NCBI RefSeq assembly: GCF_009914755.1
Contig: NC_060937.1
Origin: the human T2T-CHM13v2.0 reference genome, Homo sapiens
Length of the DNA: 64,000 nucleotides
Direction: 5' to 3' (one strand)
In this document: positions 53,689 to 64,000 of the stretch, piece by piece
Numbering within the stretch: the stretch's first letter is position 1
How the letters are laid out: each line of letters opens with the position of its first letter
Position numbers and translations under genes: made by a program
Notes under the pieces: generated by a model
The model's database searches: none
Told to the model about the DNA's origin: nothing
What the model saw: the letters and a program-made list of their open reading frames with translations, nothing else

Positions 53689-55637
53689 AAGAGGATTTGG
53701 CCAGTCACAGAGCAGGAATTCTAGAAGGCACGGTGACGGGGTTTGAGGTGACAGGGAAGGTTGTGGGATTGGGACATATTAGGGATTTACAGAGAGGAAC
53801 ATAAATGGAAGTTCAAGTGGTAGCAAACGTTCTCAGAGGTTTGGACTTATGGGGATAACCAAAGCAAACTGTGAATTGAGGCATACTAGGGATGGCCATG
53901 ATTATGTCTTAAAGGCAGATTAGCTTTGGGCTCTAGCATTCCATTATGCTCCCAAAATTTCTATTGTTGATATTGCTACTGGTTGCTCAGGTCATAAGCA
54001 GTTATTCTGGCAGACAACAGAGCAGGACCACTCCTGAAGGCTTTGGTCAGTGTTCTAGCTACAAACAAGGGCCTAACGCAAAGATAATTTGGCAAATGAT
54101 GAAAGCTTATTAAGATGGAAGAGACTAGGGTGTATTTAAAAAGCTGATGGGAAAGAGATCAAGGCAAAGCAAAGGGTTGAAGACACAGAAGAAAGAGAAG
54201 GTGATGACGGAGAAGTCCCTGAGCCAGCTGGACAAGATGGAATCCTGAACGTCAGTGATGAGATGGGTCTCTTCTATTCTGACAAGAGGTAGGTAAAATT
54301 GATCAGTATAGTAGAGGCTTGAATCTGGACAGGTGGTTGTATGCATGAGGGGTAATTCTATAGACTATTACTCAACACTGGGGTGCAATTTCACATTGCT
54401 TTAATGTCTCCACATTAAATTTCATCTGGCTTGGCATCCAAATGGCAGATTGACACAAAGTCCATTTTTAAACTCTTGGGGATTCTCCCACTTCCCATTA
54501 GATATTCAAAGAAAAGGAATATCTTCCATGTCCCAGAGGTGGCTTCCTCCAAATGTGCACTCCTAAGAGGAGAAATGTCTTGATGTCGCTGAGCTCCCGC
54601 AGGTGCTAGTGGCCCTTCTTTCTCTGATTTTGCAACCTGCCCTCCCAATCACAACAAAATAGGGCTGTCACCAGCTGCAGGCTCAGACCAGTCAGGTTCT
54701 TTGATGGCTCGTGTCTCCACCTCCTCTTCTACATGGTACCTGCATCCGGCACCCCAGCCACAGCACTAGGCACAGTGCTAGGGATTCCTGTGCCAAAACA
54801 TGCATGTCACCTGCCCATAACGAAATCCACACCCACCTTGCCCTTTCTCCTGGAATTTGGGGATAATCACAGAGTTCACTGCTTTTTGTTTCATTCCCTG
54901 AAACACCAACTTTTTCTCTCTAAAATTACACGTTTGCCCAAGACAAAACCTTGGACTTTTGAGACATAAAGAAATTTTTTTCTCTTCTCTAAGAGACAGT
55001 AAGACTTAGATCCTAAAAACATAAGGGCTTTTATCCTCTGTCTGAGAAGGGGTGGAAGGGAAAAATCTCCATCATTCCACATGGATGAGTAAACCAGCTC
55101 TCCACATACCCAACAGCAAAAAAGAACGTTTTTTGGCTGAAGGAGGAAAGAAACTGATAGCACTATCTTTAGCAGGTCACCCCCACTACTTGTCTTAATT
55201 CAAGTAGCCACATTACCAATGGGTGGCGTTGAACCTAGATCACTGGTATGTGATCTAGCCAAGAGGCTGTGGGCTAAGTTTGCACACCTGAGACAGGCAG
55301 CTCACATACCTGTGTGTCTTGTATATATGTGTAATGAATGATGGCGACTCTGCCCCATGGAAAGAAGTATCTGAGCCAGAGGCAGCCAGGGATTGTATCC
55401 GATTTCCAGGTCACCATGTCGTTTAGAGAGGGGACATGGAGGTAGGGAGGCTCATGCCCAACTCTGGGGACAAAGGAGAGAGTACTGGGGCAGCTGGTCT
55501 GCCTGTGCTTCAACAGTGACACCATGTGGCAGCAATGGCTACAGGGACTGCAGACAACCTTTAAACTTCCGGTTTCCTCTGTGCGAGGTGATTGACACGT
55601 CATCTAGGATAGCCTGAGATTCTTGACCTGTCATGTG

Positions 55638-55639
<2 letters not shown>

Positions 55640-55675
<36 letters not shown>

Positions 55676-55690
55676 TGTGCGCGCATGTAT
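55640..55690. repeat. (GT)n microsatellite with a GCGC tail
   Basis: Visible directly. Confidence 0.95.
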
Positions 55691-55959
55691 GTGTGCTTCA
55701 GGTGTGAAAATTGATAGAAGTAAAATTCCAGGGGTAAGAAAACAAAAAGATCTTCAAAGATTGTAAGAGGAGGGCCCGATTCCTTTGATTTGGAGAATAA
55801 TAGAGATTTAACTGTTTTGTACCCCTGGTGGAACAGGGCATACTGGCTGCAGCTCTAAGACGGACCTTCCTTCACAATACCCGTTTACACTTAGTAGCCC
55901 CACTGGAGTTACAGAGGGAAATTTCCTAAGTCAGAACAGGGACATACACCACAGAGGAA

Positions 55960-56130
55960 AAGGTGTGGATTTTGACGTGAGGTAGACTTGGGTTTAAATC
56001 TCACTTCTTCCACTGATTAATTGTGTAACTTAGGGCATGTTCTCTTAACAATATGAGCCTCAGTTTCTATATCTACCAATGGAGGTGAGATATAGGATCA
56101 ATGTCATAATTACAGTCATCAAGTGTTACC
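55960..56130 (+). mobile_element. MIR
   Basis: agacttgggtttaaatctcacttcttccact...gagcctcagtttctatatct. Confidence 0.8.
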
Positions 56131-56199
56131 ACAGTGAGAAATTTCACATCCTTTCTCCTCTTCTCATGATATGTTGAATTGTTGATTTGGCTGTCAGCA

Positions 56200-56551
56200 T
56201 AAAAGTTTACAGCCAAGGTTACAACTGGCTTAATCCCTGAATGTTTATAACAATGACAAATTTGGAATAAATTACATGAAAGGGAAATAAATAAATATGA
56301 TGAATTCATATTGAGAAATACTATGCAGGCATTAAAAATAAAGCCTTCAGCACATTTCAATGACATTAGAAAGCATTGACAGAATATTAAGTAAAAAAGG
56401 CAGCACATCAAGCCTCACATCATGTGTAATTTAACCAGGATCATATTTACATATATTCATATAGTATTCATATCCAAATATATGCCTTATATATGGAATT
56501 CAAAGGGCATTGAAATAGTTGCTTAAAGGAGATATGAAAATCTTAATAACT
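56200..56551 (+). mobile_element. Ancient L1M 3' UTR remnant
   Basis: tgtttataacaatgacaaatttggaat...gaaatactatgcaggcattaaaa. Confidence 0.5.
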
Positions 56552-56855
56552 CCGCTGGGTGCAGTGGCTCACACCTGCTGTAATCCCAGCACTTTGGGAG
56601 GCCACAGCAGGCAGATCACCTGAGGTCAGGAGTTTGGGACTAGCCTGGCCAACATGGTGAAACGCCGTCTCTAATAAAAATACAAAAATTAGCCAGGCAT
56701 GGTGATGCACCCCTGTAGTCCCAACTACTCAGGAGGCTGAGGTTGCAGAATCACTTGAACCAGGGAGGCGGAGGTTGCAGTCAAACGAGAACATGCCACT
56801 GCACTCCAGACTGGGTGACAGAACAAGACGATGTCTCAGAAAAATAAAAAAATAA
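56552..56855 (+). mobile_element. AluS
   Basis: Full Alu; TSD AAAATCTTA(A/G)TAACT at 56537-51 and 56856-70. Confidence 0.95.
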
Positions 56856-57527
56856 AAAATCTTAGTAACTTATCTCTCTAGTTCATGGGATTCTAATTTG
56901 GGGGGAGAAACAGCTTCAGATTTTATAGTCATAAAGTAAATGACTTTTAAAAATGAAACGAAATAGAAGCACTGCTTTATGGCTTTTCTGTGTAATTTCG
57001 GCTACTGTTCTGTGAAATTGGGGCTTCATCTTCTCTTTCTTATGTTCCCACACTTTAGATAAATGTACAGAGAAAGAGGTTGGGTCTGTGAAAGAAGGAG
57101 GGAAGGCGAGGGAGGACACAGCCTTTCAACTTCTCAGCCACATTCTAGTTGTTCTTGGCCAGGTACTAGGGGATGCCACCCTGGGTCTGAAACTTGCAAA
57201 GTTCTATTTCTTCCCTTGAATTTTATTCACTGAGGACCCTGAATGATGCCAAATCTGAGAGGGCTAAGACTCATCCCCTTCCGTGGCAAGTAAGCTGTTA
57301 TGTTGGTAATAGCTAAATATGAGTATTTATTAAAATAGTAGTAATAATAAAACATGATCCAACTTCCTCAGAACTTTCTTCTTCTGTCCCCAAAGTAACC
57401 CTTTTGCAGCTCTAGACGAACATACGTGCCCCTCTCTCCAAGCACCTATTTGATGTCCCCTAGAATTTTTGATGGTAAGCTGGCAGTGAGGCAAGCAGTT
57501 ACTTTAGGAAAATTAATCTACTGCAGT

Positions 57528-57800
57528 TAATTCACTTTTTTGTTCACTGCGAACACTTCCTAAATATCTTCTTTGTGCCAGGCACGATGCTATGGAATGA
57601 GGATCCAAACATGAATAGCTGGAGTTCGCAGACTGTTGCAGACCTCTTGACCATTAGCTTGATGAATAATGTGGCGGAGGTCCATGCAGAATACTGTGGG
57701 ACACCAGAGGGCAAGCAAGGCTCTGCACAGGAAATACAGAAACGTGGAGGAGAAGGCGCTTGCATGGGTATGGAAGAAGGCTCTGAAGCCTCTCCCATGT
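57528..57800 (-). mobile_element. L2 3' end
   Basis: tgtgccaggcacgatgctatggaatgaggat...tactgtgggacaccagagg. Confidence 0.6.
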
Positions 57801-59086
57801 TTGGGCAACTCTGTTTTATGAGCTACGGGTCCCCAGAGCAGAAGCTGGAATCTCACTTTCCCCACCTCCATCGCAGCTACAACAGGCACGGGGCACAGGC
57901 TCCTCCAATCAGACACACCTGCTCAAGATGGCCGGTTTGGAGAATTTGGAGGAGGGTCTGACAAGGTGCACTCCAGGGAAGGGTGGCAGTGGACCCCACA
58001 CTCAGCAGCCATCGTAGGGGTAGTGATCCTGAGCACTCACACTAAGCGGCAGAAGCTGGGGTCTTTATGGGACAGACGCACACCACCTCCATTATGCTCT
58101 TGTGAAATTCTCAGAAACCCCAAGAACTGTGAACTATCCCTAGATAAACTCCCTTTCTTCTTAAACCAAAAATAAAATAAAAATGCTTTCTTAATGTTAT
58201 GGTAAAAACATTTGATTTTTTACTTTTTAATGCCAGATTTCAGTGTCCTCAAATAAATATTTCCACCTAGAGATTAAGAAAGAGGTAAAATGACATTATT
58301 AAACTGAAAAACTCAGTTCAGTTTACATCAAATACATATTTTAACTTCTTTAAATCAATGACTATCCAACCTTTTAAAGGGCAGAGGACTTTTTAGTTGA
58401 TATTTCATGAAATCTATAAACCACATGCATTAATATGTAAACGGGTAACAGCAGATTTCCTGGTTGCTCTGGGACTGATGCAGGTGTGGCCTCCATTCTC
58501 CATTTCAAGGCGACTCTGCGGCTCTGCGCAATACAGTTAAACATCGCTTCATTAACTGAATGGTTCACAATATTCTCACCACCCAGGGTTCTTTATTATT
58601 CTTTCCCAAAGTTTCTAATACTTCCCCCTATGCCATCAAAAGTGAATTAACTGATCTAGACTTTCTACATATAATTTCCTTTAATCTTCTCAAAATTCTT
58701 ATTAGATTGATACCAATGTATCCATTTGTAGATTTTTTTTGTTCACTTGCAAACACTGCTGTCTTTGGGCTTTACTCGAGACATGAGCGTCTTGAAGCTG
58801 TTGTCAAGGACGCAAAAGCAGCCTGAGCAGGTGTTGGTCTAGGTCCTCAAACGGTTGCCTGTTCTGGTCCGTTGGACAGGGGTGGAACCAATGCATTCTT
58901 GGTCCCTTCTGGAAGGTCTTGGATAAAACCGGATCTACAGCTCGGGTGGATATAATTGGCAGGCAGCTCATCTCCGCCAAATAACCAAGGCAGAAGGACC
59001 CACAGATGCCGCAACGCCTGAGTCACACTGGCCTGCTGCACCCTCCAATTCCTAACAATACTTAAAACATTTGGCATTCTTGCAGG

Positions 59087-59393
59087 CAGCCTGTCCAACA
59101 GATATAATCCAAGCAACTAAGTTATCTGAAATTATCTTGTAGCCACATCAACAAAAATAAAAAGAAACAGGTGAAAGTAATTTTAATATGTTTTATTTAA
59201 CCCCATATAGCCAATATATTTTCAACATGTAATCGATATAAAAATATGATTAATGTTATATTTTGTATCTTTTTAAATACTACTTCTTGGAAGCCTGGAG
59301 GGTATGTCACACTCACAATACATCTCTCAGTCAGTGACACTTCAAAGACTCAAGAGACACCTGTGGCTGGTGACTACTGAATTGGATGGTACA
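59087..59393 (+). mobile_element. MER33 (Charlie5-derived hAT MITE)
   Basis: tgtccaacagatataat...aaaagaaacaggtgaaagtaattttaat...tgtggctggtgactactgaattgga. Confidence 0.85.
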
Positions 59394-61496
59394 ATCAGGG
59401 GTTCTGATTCACTTGCCTTTGAATTGTTATTTATTTATAATACCTCATGAAATGATAGTAAGACAGAAATGAAGACAGACTGTATTACTCAAAACATTTG
59501 CCTTTTACCATAACAGGATAAACAACGCTTCCAAACTGGCCCATGTTTGAGTCAGTGCATAGGAATGCCTATAGCTGTATGATTTTCATATTTTTCCATA
59601 AAAACACACAGAAAATACAGTTTTCTTAATATAAAATGATAGAATGCTTCTAATGCTAACTAATTTTTCTTTTTAGCAAGTATTCAAGTGTATGATAGAA
59701 CACATTGATTTATTTAATTTTATGTAAGTTCTCTCAATTGTCAGTCTTTAATATTCTGTCTAGCCTTGAAGGCATCACAGTAAATGCAACTGTACTTCAA
59801 AAAATTGAGAAATCAATAAATATGTTCTGCAAGGTGCTACTGTCAGATTCAATTAATGAATCATTGTCCTGGAACTTATAAAGTTTATTTCCAGGTTTTA
59901 TAGGAAGTCAGTGTAAAAAAATTAAAAACTTATCCATTTTATTATTTTCCTAAATTAGAAATCCACCTCTAAGCTTCATCCAAGGGCTCACTTCTGCATG
60001 AAGCCATCCTTATGCAGGCTCTGAAGTATTGTAGAAATTATCCTTTTTTTATTTTTATTTGACCCCACTTGTCATTTTAGAATCTGTAGTTCTACTTCCA
60101 CAGTCTCCCCAACTATTTCTACAAATTACAATGGGGTGTCTCACATGCATTTCTGAACAACAACTCTCCTTTAACCTGTTCAACATATTTCTTTTTTTCT
60201 TGTATTCAGATAGAAGATAAAAATGTCTTACAGCTATTTTCATGATGTCTGCAAAGCACTAGCTAGGTATGCTACCACTGTGCCAGGTGCCCCCTTCTAC
60301 TGTTGCTGTTACTTTCAACTGACTCTTTCCCAAGATGAGACACTGTACCAAAGCCACATTGCACTGATGACACCTCTATTGCAATGGGAAAAAATTATTC
60401 CTTTTTTTGCCATATGTCCCCCTCCTTCCTACCAAAAGACACATGGTATATTTTTAAAAACTACTATTTTTTTAATTGCCATCCTCTTCCCATTCTAAGA
60501 GTGAACATTTGGTGGGAACATTTTTGAAGTGTGGGGTAAATGGGAAATACCTTAATGGGCATTTTTAATTATACAAAGTGGTGTCCAGAGCCTGGTATAG
60601 AAAGAGGAGTTTAGGATAAAGAAGAGTCAAATTATTTTGCAAGGTAATAGGAAAGGTTGCCTTGCTGGTGGTCAGGATGGCATTTTGGGGAAATGATTTA
60701 TGTGGGTCAACTGATTTATCTACTATTTGTCAGAAGCCAATCAAAGACTGAAAGAAGACTTGTTAGGGGTTGGACCTGGAAAGGGAAGAACTGAAGAGAT
60801 TCTAACAGCATGATGACACGCAGGAAGTGGGGAAGGGTGATGATGATGCCGTAGATACTGGTGGAGGTTTCAAAATAAGGGCTATAAAATTAGAATCCTC
60901 ATTAGGAATTTTGCAAAAAGCCAGAAAGAAGGAAACATGTATCCAAAAATGGAAAACATTTCTAGGAGATAGCGTGTTGTTGCTTCTGGCTGCTTTTAAC
61001 AGATTAGATAGACAAACCTTCTTAGATATGACACCAAAAGCAAAAGAAAAGAAAAAAAAAGAGAAAAAATTTTAAACTTTTGGCCTTAAAGGATACCCTC
61101 AAGAAAGTGAAAATACAACCCATGGAATGGGATAAAATATTTGCAAATCCTCTGCTAAGGGTCTAGTATCCAGAATACAGAAATATAAAAAGCTATTACA
61201 ACTTAACAACAAAAAGGCAAACAACTCATTTATAAAATGAGCAAAGGACTTGAATAGACATAGCTCCAAAGAAGGTATACAACTAACCAATAAGCACATG
61301 AAAAGATGAGCAAGATTCTTAGTCATTAAGGAAACGCACATTAAAACCATAATGAGATACCACTTCACACCCACTGGGATGGCTGTTAACAAGAGTAATT
61401 CAGGAATAAGTGTTGGTGAGAATGTGGAGAAATTGGAAGCCTCATACATTTCTGGTGAAAATGTAAAATGGTGTAGCCATTTTAGAAAACAGTCTG

Positions 61497-61817
<321 letters not shown>

Positions 61818-61865
61818 TCAGATGGTTAGATATAGAGTTGTCATGTGACCCAGCAATTCTACTCT

Positions 61866-61892
61866 TAGATAGGATAGATAGATAGATGGATG

Positions 61893-61931
<39 letters not shown>

Positions 61932-62090
61932 GGATAGGTAGATAGATGATAGATAAATGGATAGATAGATAAATAGATGATAGATAGTATATACATATAT
62001 TATATATACATATATAGAGACATGAAGATATCTGTAAATCTATATATATACCTGAGTGGATATCTATATATATAAATACATATATCCAAA
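61866..62090. repeat. Compound (GATA)n/(GGAT)n STR followed by a TA-rich tract
   Basis: Visible directly. Confidence 0.95.
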
Positions 62091-62957
62091 AGATATGAAG
62101 ACATATGTCATCACAAAAACTTGTACATGAATGTTCATGGCAGCATATTCATAAGCAGAAAAACATGGAAACAACTCAAATGTGCATCAACTGATGAATG
62201 GAAAAAATGTGATATATCCATTCAAGGGAATATTATTCAGCAATAAAAAGGAATAAGGTGTTTATACATGCTACAACATGGATGAACCTCGAAAACATGC
62301 TAAGTGAAAGAAGTCAAACACAAAAGAAAACATATTGCTGCCTCTACTGATATAAAATTTTCAGAATAGGGAAACCCATACACACAGAAAGCAGATTAGT
62401 GGTTGATTAGGTTTGGTGAGGCTGGAGGAAGAAGGACAGTAATTGTTCATGGGTACACGACACTCTTTTTAGAAATAAAAATATTCAAAAATTTATTTTG
62501 GTGATGTTAGAATGTATAAAGACCCAGAGATATAAGGAGCCTCTGACGGCCAAAAATCAAAACACTTCTCATTCTCGAGAGTTTGATTTAGCTGTGTTTA
62601 GCATTATTTTTTTAAAGTTCCCTTGTTCCATTGAGACTTGTGATTACTTATCAGATTATTAAAAAGAGAAGGGAAGTGGCGATATGTATCATTGTTGTAG
62701 ATGTCTACAACCCTGACCAGGACCAAAAATAAGATTGAACTGATCATTGGCCATGGGTGCCAAAGATGGTGCCATAAATAGAAGATAAAACTTATGGGGG
62801 CAGGGATCAGATAGCAGGCCTACATATAGTTTTTATGGCCAGGATTTTCGTAATACATAAGGAGGATTTTACTATATGTGCCAAGAGAATGGAGAATCTG
62901 AGAATCTGGAGGTCTTGAGAAGACCTCCAAATGTATCTCATGAAATGGAAATTCTTT

Positions 62958-63142
62958 TAAAAATTTTTTTCAATTGACAAATGAAAATTGTATATATTTA
63001 TGGTATACAATGTGAAGTTTTGAAATATATACAGATTGTGGAATGGCTAAATTGAGCAAATGAACGTATGCATTACCTCACATACTTGTTTTTTATGATG
63101 AGAACACATAAAATCTACTTTCTTTGTGATTTTCAAATATAC
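62958..63142 (-). mobile_element. L1MA (8/9-like) 3' end
   Basis: caattgacaaatgaaaattgtatatatttatgg...gaatggctaaattgagc...atgcattacctcacatactt. Confidence 0.85.
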
Positions 63143-63631
63143 CATAAAATAGAACATTCTTCATCCTATATGTTATACAGGGAACTGACTAAGTGGGTTT
63201 CTCTAGTTATGAGGCTTCAAGCTGTGAATCTGTGCTGGTGCAAACATTCAAAGAGAGGGTAGGATTTCTGTTAGCAATGCATTTCGGAATTTCCACCACA
63301 GAACCTTCATTTCTTCCTGTCTCTAAACTCTAAGAGTGTTAGGCCTAACCACAATTTTTAACATTGTTATCGTAGGAATTCAACTAGGAGACTAGGAATT
63401 TTTACAATTCAGTTAGATGGAGAGCTTCTCTTTCCTTTTATTCTGTATACAAAACTGGCTACTGTGAGGAGGAGAGAGGAAGGAGAGCCTTAACAGCTGC
63501 AAAAACTAGGAAGTAGCAGGGAGAACGTAATAGATCCACGGCATCAGTGAGAGGGAGTGACAGGGTAGCCGGTCGGGATGCGAAGGGCAGAATGGGGAGT
63601 TGCCTGCAGCCTCTACAGCCTGTATGACACG

Positions 63632-63668
<37 letters not shown>

Positions 63669-63683
63669 CGTGTGCACATGTAT
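63632..63683. repeat. (GT)n(CG)5 alternating purine-pyrimidine tract
   Basis: Visible directly, 52 bp unbroken. Confidence 0.95.
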
Positions 63684-63904
63684 TTGAGTGTGTGAATAGA
63701 TTTTGGGGACAGGTGTTGAAATTATAGGTGAAGAGATGGGAACAAGGGTTTTATAAAAGGGAACAAAGTGGCTTTCTTCCTGGCAAAGATGGCTGTCCAT
63801 ATATGAGTAATATTAAGCTCCTAAAAACCCTCAAATAATACATTTCATCACCACAAGTTGATTTGATTTAATATATAGTTGGATGTGTTTCTATAATATT
63901 TATG

Positions 63905-64000
63905 AATTTATTCATTGGTTTATTTCTTTATTCCCTCATTCCACCAAGAGTTATTGAATGCCTAATCAGTGCTAGATACCCTGTAATAGTGGTTATAGCG
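63905..64000 (-). mobile_element. L2 3' end
   Basis: tcattccaccaagagttattgaatgccta...gtgctagatac. Confidence 0.5.

Noticed and set aside
57575-57961. 128-aa ORF with overlapping antisense ORFs
   Set aside because: Overlaps an L2 remnant and probable LTR-derived sequence; no recognisable domain

Overview
Primate (human-like) genomic DNA with no supportable intact protein-coding gene. The first ~750 bp look like a promoter / 5' end of a minus-strand gene that runs off the left edge: modest CpG enrichment, CCAAT, TGACAG, E-box, half-CRE and octamer motifs, and a plausible short GT-AG intron. I could not identify the gene. The remaining ~63 kb is upstream or intronic DNA dominated by nested transposon fossils: about 14 Alu or Alu fragments, a full-length dead L1PB1-type element with its TSD, several older L1PA/L1M pieces, L2 and MIR, MaLR (MLT1, THE1), ERVL (LTR16, LTR33), a HERV-E-type LTR2 solo LTR, and DNA transposons (Charlie5 with a readable transposase remnant, MER33, MER47A, MADE1, a hAT-Tip100-like end). 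Most ORFs in the track are Alu, L1 or LTR artefacts. I found no convincing novel biological system. The most unusual items are a 5S rRNA fragment fused in inverted orientation to the truncated 5' end of an L1, a ~115-bp foreign hairpin-containing insert inside an old L1, an L1 with permuted segment order and a 78-bp monomer array, and a MADE1 hairpin with a duplicated spacer. Subfamily names come from remembered consensus sequences and should be confirmed with RepeatMasker/Dfam.
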